Below are positions 1-12,941 of a stretch of DNA of 64,000 bases, piece after piece (within the stretch, counting starts at the first letter, position 1; each line of letters opens with the position of its first letter). Origin of the DNA: an uncultured delta proteobacterium (GTDB lineage Bacteria; Myxococcota; Kuafuiibacteriia; Kuafuiibacteriales; Kuafuiibacteriaceae); contig CAWDML010000009.1 of assembly GCA_963803435.1 (NCBI GenBank), positions 320,001 to 384,000 of the forward strand. The letters are read 5' to 3'. The notes beneath the pieces were generated by a model. That model had not been told where the DNA came from. It made no database searches and saw nothing but the letters and a program-made list of their open reading frames with translations. Position numbers and translations under genes: made by a program.

Positions 1-1
1 C

Positions 2-232
2 CGCCTGGGCACCGTGCGCCGGGACCCCCACCACACCCAGCTCGACGCGCACCTGTCTTCGGGCCGCTTCCTTAGAGTAAAACCGGGTGTTTACCTGCTC
101 GACGTGGTCTTGACCGGGGCAGAGGTGACCGTCCACCTGGGGCTCGATCCGGATCCGGAGGCCGCCCTCGCGATCGACCTGAAACGCCTCTCTCTCGCTG
201 ATCCGGTAGACGTCGACGGTTCGCAGGGCTAG
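2..232 (+). CDS. Hypothetical protein, 3' part (5' end outside window)
   Basis: Frame open from window edge to TAG at 230-232; does not resemble a ThrS C-terminus. Confidence 0.45.
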   Translation, partial: RLGTVRRDPHHTQLDAHLSSGRFLRVKPGVYLLDVVLTGAEVTVHLGLDPDPEAALAIDLKRLSLADPVDVDGSQG

Positions 233-312
233 TGTCCCAAGGCCCACCAATGGGGACCGTCGATCGCGCACCACTCTTGATCGCATGAGCGACGGCGGGG
301 AGGATTAAGGCC

Positions 313-1020
313 ATTTCGAAACCGAAGCAGCAACACGAACGCCAAAAGGAACCGCGCGTCGATCGCAGGATCCGAGTACCCGAAGTCCTGGTGATCGACT
401 CCGACGGCTCCAAGCTCGGCGTGATGCCGACGCACGAAGCCCTCACGCGCGCGAGGGAGCAAGAGCTCAACCTGGTCGAAGTCGCGCCGAACAGCCGGCC
501 GCCCGTTTGCCGCATCCTGGACTACGGAAAGTACAAGTACGATCAGAAGCAGGAAGCGAAGCGACGCAAGAAGAACCAGGTCGTCGTCGAGATCAAAGAG
601 GTGAAGTTCCGGCCCAAGGTCGAGCGTCACGACTACGAGTTCAAGGTCCGGCACGTGCTTCGGTTCCTGGGAGAAGGCGACAAGGTCAAGTGCACGATCA
701 TGTTCCGCGGCCGGGAGATGGCCCACACCGATCTCGGTGAGGTGCTGCTGCGGCGGGTCCTCGGCGACATCGAGGGCAAGGTCATCGTCGAGCAGAACCC
801 GCGCCTCGAGGGCCGGAACATGACCATGCTGATCGCCCCGAAGCCCGGCGCTTTCCCGAAGAAGGAGAAGCCCGCCGAGGAACCGGCGCCCCTCAAGAAG
901 TCCAAGAAGAAGAAGGACGAGGATGAGGGGAACGGGGCCGAGGCCCTGGACCACGAGGCCGAGGAGCTGGACTCCGAGACCCCGGCCCCTTCGGCCGAGG
1001 AACGGCCAGAGGCCCGTTGA
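313..1020 (+). CDS. infC: Translation initiation factor IF-3 (ATT start)
   Basis: LVEVAPNSRPPVCRILDYGKYKY and KEVKFRP motifs; frame extends upstream to ATT at 313 after GGAGG. Confidence 0.97.
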   Translation: MSKPKQQHERQKEPRVDRRIRVPEVLVIDSDGSKLGVMPTHEALTRAREQELNLVEVAPNSRPPVCRILDYGKYKYDQKQEAKRRKKNQVVVEIKEVKFRPKVERHDYEFKVRHVLRFLGEGDKVKCTIMFRGREMAHTDLGEVLLRRVLGDIEGKVIVEQNPRLEGRNMTMLIAPKPGAFPKKEKPAEEPAPLKKSKKKKDEDEGNGAEALDHEAEELDSETPAPSAEERPEAR

Positions 1021-1087
1021 GGCCGATCCCCGGTTTTTCACTTTCCTTTTGCCGGCGTCGGGCGGCCATGCTAGCAGCCCTCCCTCT

Positions 1088-1294
1088 ATGCCGAAGATGA
1101 AGACGAAGCGCGCGGCCGCCAAGCGGCTCAGCGCCCTCGGCAACGGCCGGTTCAAGCGGTCGAAGGCGGGCCACCGCCACAAGCTTTCGTGCAAGAACCG
1201 CAAGCAGAAGCGGCGGCTCGGAAAGATCGCGCTCATCGACCCCTCGGATCAGAAGGGCATCGAGCGACTCCTTCCGTACGCGACCAAGAAGTGA
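1088..1294 (+). CDS. rpmI: 50S ribosomal protein L35
   Basis: MPKMKTKRAAAKRL...RLLPY; lies between infC and rplT. Confidence 0.97.
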   Translation: MPKMKTKRAAAKRLSALGNGRFKRSKAGHRHKLSCKNRKQKRRLGKIALIDPSDQKGIERLLPYATKK

Positions 1295-1305
1295 GGTGAG
1301 GTGCC

Positions 1306-1653
1306 ATGGCTAGGGCATCACGAGGCGTCAAGCTCCGACGCCGACACAAGAAGTGGCTGAAGCTCGCCAAGGGCGCGTTCGGCCGTCGTTCGAAGGCGAT
1401 CCGCGCGGCCAAGACCACGGTCGAGAAGGGCCTTCGTCACGCGTACCGCGATCGCAAGAAGACGAAGCGGAACTATCGCAGCCTTTGGATCGTGCGCATC
1501 AACGCCGCGGTCCGGACGCACGGTTTGTCGTACAGCCGGTTCATCGCCGGCCTGAAGCGTCACGCCGTCGATGTCGATCGGAAGATCATGGCCGACATCG
1601 CGATCAACGATCCGCAGGGCATGGCCGATCTCGTCGCGATGGCGAAGAGCTGA
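1306..1653 (+). CDS. rplT: 50S ribosomal protein L20
   Basis: AYRDRKK..RSLWIVRINAA..YSRFI motifs. Confidence 0.98.
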   Translation: MARASRGVKLRRRHKKWLKLAKGAFGRRSKAIRAAKTTVEKGLRHAYRDRKKTKRNYRSLWIVRINAAVRTHGLSYSRFIAGLKRHAVDVDRKIMADIAINDPQGMADLVAMAKS

Positions 1654-3218
1654 GCCGCCACACCGCGAACCCCAAGAGCAGGAGCCACACGACGGTCGTC
1701 GTCGCGCCCGCGGTCTCGCGACCGTCGGCGCTCGTGCATCCGCACTTGCTCGAGTCGTCCGGTCCCGTCATCCCGCTGTCGGGCTGAGCATCGACCTGTC
1801 CGCCGCTGCCGGCGTCCTTCGTCAGAATCGCCGCCGTCGGCGAGCGGCGCCGCGTCCATGCCGGCGGCCCCGTCCATCGGCTCGGCGCCGTCCATCTCGG
1901 CGGCGGCGTCCATCTCGGCGGCGGCGTCCATCTCGACGCCGGCGTCCTGTCCGGGGCACGCGGCCGGGTTGGTGGGCGCGATGCTCCAGATCTCGCCGCT
2001 GACGATGTCGAGGTACCAGATCGAGCCGTCGGGGCCGTTCGTGAAGTGCACCGGCGTGCCGCCGCTCCGCACGATGATCTGCCGCTCGCCGTCCACGCCG
2101 TCGCGGTTCGCGTTCGGCGTCACGGTCCAGACGCGCCCCTTGTTGTAGTCGCCGAACCAGTACAGCCCGCTGAAGGCCGCCGGCCACGAGCAGTGGCTCG
2201 AGAACACGCCGCCGGTGATGCTGGCCTGCCCGAACGCCGGGGTCTCGTCGTGCGGATAGACGAACGCCGGCTCGACGCAGTCGCCCGTCGACTGAGGCAC
2301 GACCGTCTTGCACATCCCGACCGGGTCGCCCTCGTACCCCTCGCGGAGCGGCCAGCCGTGGTGCTCGCCGCCCTGCTTCGAGATCGTGATCTCCTCCCAC
2401 GTCACCTCGCCCACGTCGCCGACCCAGAGGTAGCCGGTCTGCGTGTCGAACGCGAACCGCCACGGGTTGCGGAAGCCCCACCCATAGATCGCCTCGAGCG
2501 GGTCGCCCGTGCCGTCCGGGAAGACCGAGGCCTCGTTGCAGGTGAACTGGTCGATGTTGCCGCCGCACGCCGGCACGCCCGTCACGCCCACCAGCGGGTT
2601 GGTAGCCGGGATGTTGCCGTCCCGATCGATGCGCAGGATCTTGCCCATGTACTTGGTCAGGCAGGTGGCGAAGTAGTTGTTGGTGTTGGTCCCGGGCGCG
2701 CAACCGCAGTTGCACCCGCGGTCGCCGACGCCGATGTACAGGTAGCCGTCGGGCCCGAACCGCATGCCGCCGCCGACGTGGTTGGCGTTCGCCGACAGGT
2801 GGTCGATCAGGACCGTGATGTTGTTGGTGTCGACCAGGCCGGTGGCCGGATCCAGCGTGGTCCATCCGACCTGCTGGCTGTTGCCGACGGAGTAGTAGAA
2901 GTACACGCGGTCGGTCTGGTCGAACATCGGATCGACCTGAACGTCGAGCAGCCCGCGTTCACCGCCGGCGCCCGCGACGCTGATCGTCCCTGCGGGGTTC
3001 AGGTTCTGGCCGTCCCACAGCAAGACCTCCCCGGTCTGTTGCGTGATCACCAGCCGGCCGTCCGGCAGGAACTCCATCGCGGTGGGGCTCGCGAGGCCGT
3101 TCACCTGCGGGGTCAGCGTCAGGTCGTTGGCGACGCCGGGATCGAGCGCGTCCTGGGCGTGGGCCAGGCGCGGCGCGAGCGGCAGGACGAGGAGGGGGAG
3201 GAGGGCAAAGCGGCGCAT
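1604..3218 (-). CDS. Secreted PQQ-dependent glucose/sorbosone dehydrogenase-family protein with MYXO-CTERM-like tail (apparent frameshift ~1826)
   Basis: Signal peptide; NHVGG, GKILRI and GFRNPWR motifs; corrected frame ends KCGC...[13 protein letters not shown]. Confidence 0.8.
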
Positions 3219-3231
3219 CGCCGCCTTGATA

Positions 3232-5146
3232 TCACGAGGACACGCTCATCCGCGATCCGACCTCTGACCGCTCGCTGCCGTCGTCCTCCCCGACCCGGGC
3301 CTCGAGCTCCAGAAGCTCGTTGCCGTCCAACGTCTCGCGCTCGAGGAGCCGGGTCACCATCGCCTCCAGAACAGCGCGCTTTCGCGCCAGGATCTGACGT
3401 GCGCGCTGATGCTGGCTTTCGACGATCTCGCGAACCTCGACGTCGATCGCCTGTGCGGTCTCCTCTGAGAAGCTCCGCTCCTCGCCGAAGATCACCGGTG
3501 AATCCAGGTAGCGGGCGCCTGCGGGTCGCCCGAAGGTGACGGCCCCCAGCCGCTCGCTCATGCCGAACCGGCAGATCATCTGACGCGCGGTCTCGGTGGC
3601 CCGCTCGATGTCGTTCTGCGCGCCCGTCGACACGGTGTGGAGCGCGACCTCCTCGGCCGCGCGGCCGCCCAGCATGACCGCGACCTGATCGAGGATCTCC
3701 TCCTTGAGCATCAGGTAGCGCTCCTCGGTGGGGAGCTGCAGGGTGGCGCCCAGCGCGCCGATGGTCCGCGGGATGATGGTGACGCGGTGGACGGGATCCG
3801 CGTGCTCCACGGACATCGCCACCAGCGCGTGCCCCGACTCGTGGTAGGCGACGCGGCGCTTCTCCTCCTCGTTCATCGCGCGGCCGCTCTTCTTGAGGCC
3901 CAGCTGGATGCGAATCGACCGCCTCCTCGAAGTGGCGCTGGAACACCTCCGTCGAGTGGTCGCGGGCCGCCGCCAGCGCTGCCTCGTTCACCACCTTGGC
4001 CAGATCGGCCCCGACCATGCCGGGGGTCCGCCGCGCCATCACGTCGAGGTCGACGTCGGGGGCGAGGCTCACGGTCTTCGCGTGCACGCGCAGGATCGCG
4101 CGCCGCCCCTCGATCGAGGGCCGATCGACCACCACCTGGCGATCGAACCGTCCGGCCCGCACCAGGGCCGGGTCGAGGACCTCGGGCCGGTTGGTGGCGG
4201 CCATGATCACGACGCCGGCCTTGGGATCGAAGCCGTCCATCTCGGCGAGGAGCTGGTTCAGCGTCTGCTCGCGCTCGTCGTGCGTCCCCATGGCGGCCAG
4301 ACCGCCGCGCGACTTTCCGATCGCGTCAATCTCGTCGATGAAGATGATGCAGGGGCTTCGGGCCATCGCCTGCATGAACAGGTCGCGCACGCGGGCGGCG
4401 CCCACACCGACGAACATCTCCACGAAGTCGGAGCCGGTGAGCGAGAAGAACGGGACCTTGGCCTCGCCGGCGACGGCCTTGGCGAGCAAGGTCTTGCCGG
4501 TGCCGGGCGGGCCGACCAGCAGGACGCCCTTCGGGATCTTCGCGCCGAGGGCCGTGTAGCGCGTCGGGTTCTTGAGGAAGTCGACCACCTCGAGCATCTC
4601 GCCGACGGCTTCGTCGATGCCGGCCACGTCCGCGAAGGTGGTGTCGATGCGGTGGCTCTCGTCGTAGATCTTGGCCTTGTTGCGTCCGAAGCTCAGCGGT
4701 CCAGCGCCGCCGGCGCCGCCCATCCCCTTCTGCATGCGCCGGAAGAAGTAGTAGTAGAGGCCCCCGATCAGCAGGAACGGGAAGAGGCCGGAGATCAGCA
4801 TCGGCCAGATGCTCTCCTCTTCGATCTTTCCGCTGAACTCGACGTGCTCCTTCTCGAGCTCGGCGAGGAGGCTCTTCTCGTCGACGCCCGGGAGCCTCGT
4901 GGTGGTGATGACCTTGGGGGCCTGGCCCGTCTTCTCCGGCTTCAGATCCGCGACGATCCGGTCGCGCTCGATCTGCACCTTCTGCACCTGGCCTTGGTGG
5001 AGGTCCTGCAAGAACGTGCTGTAGGGGACGACGCCGGCCTCCTCCTTCTTCTGGAACAGCTGGAAGCTGGCGATCACGGCGATGGCCAGGAGCAGCATGA
5101 GTATGGGCCGGAACGGAGAGGCGCGCGGAGGCTTTTGGACGGGCAT
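3232..5146 (-). CDS. ftsH: ATP-dependent zinc metalloprotease FtsH (apparent frameshift ~3913)
   Basis: Two TM segments, [21 protein letters not shown]; HESGH in the second frame. Confidence 0.95.
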
Positions 5147-5185
5147 CTTCTGTGATCGATTCGTACGCGAGCGTGTGCGTCAAGC

Positions 5186-6363
5186 TCACTCCGTGAAAAG
5201 CAACCCTTCGCGGCGATAGAGACCCGCCGAAACGCCCCAGAGCAGCAGACCGGAGACGACGGTGGAGACCGTCGAGAGCGCGAAGCTCGCGAGCTCGACG
5301 CCCTCTCCCCGCACCAGGTGATCGATGAGCACATTCTGCGCGAGGAGCGGGACCAGCATCATCCAGAGCTTCGCCTTCACCGGAAAGATCATCAGCCAGA
5401 AGGACGGGATCATCGGCACCAGCAGCAGCAACGACACGTACGTCTGTGCCTCGCGAAAGCTCTTCGTGAAGGCCGCCACGATCGTCTGAAGGCTCGACGC
5501 CACCAGCGTCACCGGCAGCGCCACCAGGAACAGCAGCACCGACGTCGAAGGATCGAGCCTCAGCTCTAGCCCCAGCTCGCCCGCGGGGATGAACGAGATC
5601 GCGACGGCGAACGTGGTCACGGTCAGCGTCAGCGAGACCACGCCGAGCAGCGTGGTCGCCAGCAGCTTGCCCGTCATCATGAGGGACCGCGGCACCGGGT
5701 TGATCAGGAGCGGCTCCAGCGATCGCCGCTCGCGTTCGCCGGCGGTGCAGTCGATGGCGAGGTACATGCTGCCGATGAAGATCGACATCATCACCAGATA
5801 GGGGAGCATCGCGAAGAGGAGAGCGCCGCGGCTCTGCGGCGTCGACAGGTCGTGCTCGCTGACCACGAGCGCGTCGACGGTGCTCGGGTCGATGCCGCGG
5901 ATCTCCAGGCGTAGCCGGCCGATCTGGTGGCCGTAGGCGGCGAGCAGGGAGGTGGTCCGCTGGATCGAGGTCTGAGAGGCCCGCCGCGAGCGATCGACGA
6001 TCAGCTCCACGTCCGCCGGCTCGCCGCCGCGGAACTGGTCAGGGAACTCGGGTGGGATCACCAGGACGAGGTCGACCACCTCGGCCTTCATCGTCGCGAT
6101 CGGATCGAGTGGCGCCGGCTCGACCCGGGCGCCGTTCGACTCGAGGAAGCGGATCAGGTTCGGCGCCCGCTCGGCGCCCTGCACGGGGATCGCCAGCGTC
6201 TGCTCGGCGCGCTCCTGCTCGAGGCGGAGCGTGGTGGTCAGGACCACCGAGAAGACGATCGGTCCGAACAGGGGCCCGAACAGGAGCGCGGAGAACAGGG
6301 AGCGCCGGTCGCGGAGCCCGTCCGTCAGCTCCTTGGCGAACACCACGCGGACCGGGGAGCGAC

Positions 6364-6367
<4 letters not shown>
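5186..6367 (-). CDS. ABC-2 permease, NatB-like
   Basis: KELTDGLRDRR and AGERERRSLEPLL motifs; multiple TM segments; GTG start overlaps the ATPase stop. Confidence 0.85.
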
Positions 6368-7059
<692 letters not shown>

Positions 7060-7063
<4 letters not shown>

Positions 7064-8484
7064 GGCTCGGGCCCCGTCAGCCGGACGAAGAACGGCGGCG
7101 GCCTCACCTCGTCGAGGCAGCGCGCGTCGAGGTCGGGGTTCGCGTGCGTGAGGAACGCCTCGAGCACCCGGTCCATGCACCCGCGCGCCATCATGTGGCC
7201 CTGTCCGGGCACCACCAGGTGGCGGGCGCGGCCGAGGTGCCGCTTCACCTCTTCTGCGCCGGCGGGCGGGGTCACCGGATCGAGCTCGCCCGAGATGAGG
7301 AGCGCCGGCACCTTCGACACCACCGGATCGTGGAAGTCCGGCGGCATCTCGCCCTTCGGCCACACCGAGCACTCGTCGCGGGCCGCCTGCGTCAGGCGGT
7401 CGCCCAGCAGCGTCTCCGCATCGCGGGCCAGCGCGGCGGGGTAGAACGGAACGTCCTCGGTGCAGATCACCGAGAGCTCGAGCCCGGCGCTGACGGCGCC
7501 CTCGATCTCCCGCGACACGATGGCGCTCTGGGCGGCCAGGCGATCGAGCTTGCCGGTCCGATCGGCCTCGTCGATCAGGAGCGGGATCAGCGCGGCGGTC
7601 TCGGGCGCGTAGGCGAGAAAGCGAATGCCGGCGCCCAGGAACATGCGATCGACGGTTCGCGTCGCCGGCTGCCCGGTGCGCGGATCAGGGATCTCGACCG
7701 TCGGCGGGGGGTCGTGCTCGCTCCGGGCGATCAGCGCCTCGAGCTTCTCGCGCAGCTTCCCGAACCGGGAGCCGCAGTCCGCCTCCTGGGCGCAGCGCTC
7801 GAACTGGAGGTCGAGCGCGCGCTGGAGGTTCTTGGCGTGGTCGAGCCCGAGGGCGAGCTGGCTGGGGACGACGCCCTGGAGCACCATCGCACGCACCCGC
7901 TCGGAGTGACGCCGCAGGTAGGTGAGCGCGGCCCGCGTGCCGTAGGAGACGCCGACCAGGTCGATCTGCTCGTACCCGAGGGCCGCGCGGACCTGCTCGA
8001 GATCCTCCATGGCGATCGACGTGGTGTAGAAGCGGGGGTCGCCGGGGAGCGACTCGAGGCAGCGCGCCGCGGCCGCCTTCGCCGCCGCAGGATCCTGGCC
8101 GAGGTCGCAGTCGAGGGGATTGGAGCCGCCCGTGCCGCGCTGATCCATCAGCACCACGTCGCGCCGCCGGCGGGCGCGCTCGAACGACTGTGCGATCCCG
8201 ACCCAGGCCTCGGAGGCGGCCTGACCGGGGCCGCCGGCGAGGAAGAAGATCGCGTCCTTCTCCGGATGATCGCCGGTGGCGCTCAGCACCGCGACGCGGA
8301 GGGCGATCCGCCTGCCCTCGGGATGCGACGGATCCTCAGCGACCTCCAGCTGGCCGCAGCGCGCCTTGATCCGGATCGCCAGGCCCGGGTACGAGAGCTC
8401 GCAGGTGTCGAGCGGAATCGCCGCGTGGGCCGTGCCCGCCGCGAGCAGCACGGCGGTGGCCGCCACCCAGGATCGCGCCGCCAT
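7060..8484 (-). CDS. Secreted alpha/beta hydrolase (TAP-like peptidase)
   Basis: Signal peptide; GGPG, DQRGTG, GVSYG, DPVTP and GH motifs. Confidence 0.85.
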
Positions 8485-9240
8485 TCAGACGCTCTGGATC
8501 GCCGTCGCCGGCACCCACCCCGAGGTGCCGTCCTGCTCGAGGACCTCGACGAAGCCCTCGGCGCGGTCGAGCACCCGCACCCGGCCGCCGTAGCGCGCCC
8601 GACCCTTGCTCTTGAACTTGGCGTGCGGTCCCTCGCGCAGCTCCACCTTGTCCACGATGACGGCGCGCGGATCGCGGGCGACGATCCAGTGGCCCCCCAC
8701 GACCGCCACCGACACCAGGAGCGCCCCAATCGACAGCGCCATCGACAGACCCAGGGCGCGCGTGAGCCTCTTCGAGTCGCTCCGCCGGCGGAGGAACCAG
8801 GCAAAGAAGAGCAGGACGTCGGCCGCCACCGCGATCCATCCGAACACCACGGGCGAGAGCGGCGCCACCACCGGCTCGATCGCGTCCGCCGCCGTGAGGC
8901 TGGCCGCGGGCTCCTCCTTCTGCTCGCCGGCCAGCGTCTTCCGGACGAGCCTGAGGTTGTCGGCGATCTCGGCGTCGCCCGGCGAGAGGCGGAGCGCGCG
9001 CTCGTAGCTCACGATCGCGTCGATCGGCTTGCCGGCCTGCGCGTAGGCGTTGCCGAGGTTGTAGTAGACGTCGGCGTCGTCAATCCCGCCATCGAGGATG
9101 GTGTGGTAGAGCCCGATCGCGCCCTCGAGATCGCCCTCGAGGGCGCGCTCGTTGGCCGAGCGGAAGTCGGACGACGCCTGCTCCGAGGTGCGCTGACCGG
9201 GGAGCACCGAGAGGATGCAGAGCAACCAGAGCGCGTTCAC
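8485..9240 (-). CDS. batE: BatE-like TPR + SH3 membrane protein
   Basis: YYNLGNAY TPR, two TM segments, C-terminal GWV SH3-like region; position in operon. Confidence 0.8.
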   Translation of the reverse strand: MNALWLLCILSVLPGQRTSEQASSDFRSANERALEGDLEGAIGLYHTILDGGIDDADVYYNLGNAYAQAGKPIDAIVSYERALRLSPGDAEIADNLRLVRKTLAGEQKEEPAASLTAADAIEPVVAPLSPVVFGWIAVAADVLLFFAWFLRRRSDSKRLTRALGLSMALSIGALLVSVAVVGGHWIVARDPRAVIVDKVELREGPHAKFKSKGRARYGGRVRVLDRAEGFVEVLEQDGTSGWVPATAIQSV

Positions 9241-11045
9241 GCCTTCACCTCCGCCGGCGTCCAGGTGTCGAGCTGCTCGAGCAGCTCGGCCCAGCCGGGC
9301 AGATCCGCGCGGCGCTCCCCCATGCCGAAGCGCGCGTAGTCCGCGGACTCGAGCGCGGCCGTGACGTCCCTGCGGAGCGCCTCCTCCGCGCCGCGCGCTG
9401 CCATGGCCGCGTCGATCTGCTCGATGGTCAGACCCTGGAGCGCCACGCCCAGCTTGGTGCTGCCGAGATCGAGGATCGCCTCTCGCAGCTCGCCGTAGGC
9501 CTCGGCCACCCGGCCCGCCTCGGCCGCCTGCGCGGCCGCCGAGAGTCGCTCGCGGGCGCGACGGGAGGCGGCCCGCTTGCGGGAGGTGGGGGTGTCGCGC
9601 CGGGCGCGGGCGCGGAGGGCTTCGGCCAGGAGCGCCAGCCCGAACAAGAGCGGCGGGCCGGCCAGCATCAGCGCCAGCTGGGGCCGCCTCCAGACGGGCG
9701 GCGCGCTCTTCGAGAGCCGGGAGCGGAACCGCAGCGGCTTCAGGCTGGAGCGCGCGATCCGCTCCGGCTCGCGCTCCGAGATGCCGCCGGGGGGCTCGGT
9801 GGTGTGGCCCATCTCCGCCGACGGGTCGCCCTCGACCGCGATGCGGATCGACTCGGTGGTGAGCCGCCGGTACTCCGAGGTGTCCGGATCGAAGATGGTG
9901 AGATCGAAGGCCGGGATCTCGAGCCGTCCGCCCACCAGCGGCATCAGCAGGATCTCGGCCTGCTTGGCGCCCTTGATCCCGGCCAGGCTGCTGTCGACCT
10001 TGTCGGTGACGGTCGGCGGGAAGACGCGGAAGCCCTGGATGTCGCCCACCTCGGGCAGGCGGGCGTTCTTCACGTTGCCGCGCCCCGAGAGCTCCAGCTT
10101 CAGCACCACCGCCTTGCCGGCCGGCACGGTGGTGTGATCGACGCTGGCCTTGAGCGCGTACTGGCCCACGTTGTTGTTCGAGAAGTCGGAGGGCCGGCCC
10201 TCGGTGGGGAGCGGCTGGATGTCGAGCTCGAGGGGCGCCGTCTGGCGGCGGATCCGGCGGCCCGAGGAGAACAGGGAGCGGCCCGTGCTGAAGCTGACCG
10301 CGGCCGGCGGGATGGTCTTCTTCCCCTTGGCCAGCGGGAACAGCGCCACGCGCCAGACCCGATAGACGTCGTAGCGGTGCCCGGCCACGGTCTCGACGGT
10401 CCGGTTGAGCCGCTTCGGCTGATCGACGACCTCCTTCCAGAAGCCGTCGAGCTCCGGCGGACCGCCCACGTCCTCCACCGAGAAGCCGCTGCCGGGCTGG
10501 GCGAAGATCTCCATGTCCATGAGGATCTGCTGCCCGAGATAGGCCTTGGCGCGATCGACGCGGTAGCGCACGAACAGGGTCCGCTCGGCGCCCTCGGGCG
10601 GCGCCACCGCGCCGGCCTCGGCAGGGGTGGCCGCCGGCGCGCTGCTGCCCGTCACCACCAGCGCGGTGGCCTTCGTCTTGGCCTCGTACTGGCCGAGGCG
10701 CGCGGTGAAGGGCGGGATGGTGATCTGTCCGGGCTTGTCGGCCTGGTACTCGATGCTGAGCGTCACCTCGCGGGTGATGCTCTGCCCGGCGTTGGTCCAG
10801 GAGATCGAGGTGCCCTCGCTCTGCGAGCGGCTCACCTCCGTCAGGCCGTCGATGGCCGGCGGCCGGATGTCGACCGAGCCGTCGGCTTTGGCCACGGCGG
10901 TGATCTGGACCGTGACGATGTCGCCGACCAGCACCGAGGTGTCGCTGAGCGTGGCGTCCAGCGTGAGCATCGCGCCCTCGGCCCGGGCCGCCGGCGCGAA
11001 GACGAGCGCGGTCCCGAGGACCGCGATCATGCTGAAGACGCGCAT
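9237..11045 (-). CDS. batD: BatD family protein
   Basis: Signal peptide, Ig-like repeats, late TM segment; ATG overlaps upstream TGA. Confidence 0.82.
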   Translation of the reverse strand: MRVFSMIAVLGTALVFAPAARAEGAMLTLDATLSDTSVLVGDIVTVQITAVAKADGSVDIRPPAIDGLTEVSRSQSEGTSISWTNAGQSITREVTLSIEYQADKPGQITIPPFTARLGQYEAKTKATALVVTGSSAPAATPAEAGAVAPPEGAERTLFVRYRVDRAKAYLGQQILMDMEIFAQPGSGFSVEDVGGPPELDGFWKEVVDQPKRLNRTVETVAGHRYDVYRVWRVALFPLAKGKKTIPPAAVSFSTGRSLFSSGRRIRRQTAPLELDIQPLPTEGRPSDFSNNNVGQYALKASVDHTTVPAGKAVVLKLELSGRGNVKNARLPEVGDIQGFRVFPPTVTDKVDSSLAGIKGAKQAEILLMPLVGGRLEIPAFDLTIFDPDTSEYRRLTTESIRIAVEGDPSAEMGHTTEPPGGISEREPERIARSSLKPLRFRSRLSKSAPPVWRRPQLALMLAGPPLLFGLALLAEALRARARRDTPTSRKRAASRRARERLSAAAQAAEAGRVAEAYGELREAILDLGSTKLGVALQGLTIEQIDAAMAARGAEEALRRDVTAALESADYARFGMGERRADLPGWAELLEQLDTWTPAEVKA

Positions 11046-12941
11046 CACCAATCCTTCTCGACGGGACCGTGGGGCAGCTTCTCCATCAGCTTCTTCCGCT
11101 CCAGCGTCTTCTCGTGCTCCTCGAGCGCGTCGAGGAGCTGCTCGGCCTTCTGCTTGCCCGGGTCCTCGTCCTTCGGCTCTTGCTGCTTCTCCTCGGCTTG
11201 TCCAGCGGAACCCGCGTCCTGCATCGCGCCCGCGTCGGCGCCGCCCGAGGACCCGCCGCCACCGTCGCTCTGACTCGCGGAATCCGCCGTCCTCGCTGCC
11301 CTGCGAGCCGCCGCCGTCGCCGCTGCCGCCGTCTCCCACGCCCGCGTCGGACGCGCCGCCATCGCCGTCGCCGGCGTCCGGCTGTTGCCCGCCGTCGGGC
11401 GGCCCGGCGTCCTGATCGTTGGGCGGGGGCTGGTTCTGATCGTCGTTCTTCTGGTTCGGATCCTTCGGCTGCGCCTCCTGGATCCGCTTGAGGCTCTGCG
11501 CGATCTCCAGGTTCCGCCGCGCGCCCGACAGGCGCGGATCCTCCAAGAGCGAGCGGCGGTACGCGCCGATGGCGTCGTCGTACTTCTTGAGCTTTCGGTA
11601 CGCGTTCCCCAGCGCGAAGGCGGCCCGCAATCGCAGGTTCGGATCGCTCGAGCCCTCGAGCGCGCGCTGGAGCTCGCCGATGGCGGTGTCGAGCTCGCCG
11701 CGCGCCGCCTCGGCGAGGCCGCGATCGAAGGCGAGCCGCGGGTCGTGACCGAGGTGCTTCTCTGCCTCCTGGTAGGACTCGACGGCGTCGGCGGCGCGGC
11801 CCTCGGTGAGCGCCTTGTTCCCCTTCGACACGTCGGGATCGTCGGCCTCGAAGGGCGCCGCCAGGGCCCGGGCCGCGCTCAGGTGGATCGCCAGCACCAC
11901 CAGGCCCTTCAGCACCAGGCGCACGCGGGGGCGGGTGGGCCGGATCAGCGTCCCCAGGAGGAGGAAGAGCAGCGCCGGCACCAGCACCCACTGGTAGCGC
12001 TCCTCGTAGACGCGGATGGTCCGGTCCTGGAGCTCGGCCTTCTTGAGGCGAGCCAGGTGCGCCGCCACCGGCGTGAGGTCGAGCCCGCCCGAGGAGCCAG
12101 GGAGCGCCACCAGACCGCCGCCGGCGGTGGCGATGGCCTCGAGCGTCTCCTCGCCCAGGCGCGAGACCACGGTCTGCCCGCTCTTGTCCTTCACGTACCC
12201 GTTGAGGTTGCCCTTGGCGTCGTAGACCGGGATGGGCTCGCCGGTCCGGGAGCCCACGCCGATCACGTGGACCTCGATGCCCGCCTTCTTGGCGTCGGCC
12301 GCCACCGACTCGGCGTCGCCCTTGTGGTTCTCGCCGTCGGTGACGATGACGATCGCCTTTGCCGAGTCCTTCACCTTCGAGGCGTCGAGCGCGCGCTTGG
12401 CCGCGGTGATGGCGTCGCCGATGGCGGTGCCGCCGCGGGGCAGATCGTCGGGCGTGGCGGCGTCGAGCTGGAGCAGCACCGCCGAGTGATCCACGGTGAG
12501 CGGCGACAGCGGCAGCGCCACCGAGGTGAAGCCGACCAGCCCCACGCGGTCGCCTCGCAGCTCCTCGATCAACCCCTTGAGCTCGATCTTGGCCCGCTCC
12601 AGCCGCGAGGGCACCACGTCGCGCGCCAGCATCGAGCGCGAGAGGTCGAGCGCGATCACCACGTCCATGCCCCGCGACTTGCGGGTCTCGCTGCGCATGC
12701 CGAACTGCGGGCGGGCCAGCGCCACCACCACGAAGCAGAGCGCCACCGCGAAGCAGATCGCCTGGGCGAGCCGCGCCGTGGCGCCGGCCTCGCGCCCTGC
12801 CAGCGCCATCTCCTCCAGGAGCTCGACCGACCCCGCCGCGGCGAGCAGGCGCTTCCGCCGCCGTTCGCCCAGCACGTAGCCGAGGAACACCAGCGGGACC
12901 AGGATGAGGGCGAGGAACGCCCAGGGCTCGCCGAACCTCAC
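11045..12941 (-). CDS. BatB/BatC-like vWA + TPR fusion (apparent frameshift ~11281)
   Basis: DLSRSM MIDAS, TDGE, TPRs; C-terminal VEKDW in the shifted frame. Confidence 0.82.

Noticed and set aside
1850-1945. 18-bp tandem repeats
   Set aside because: They encode a low-complexity MDAAAE linker before the membrane anchor
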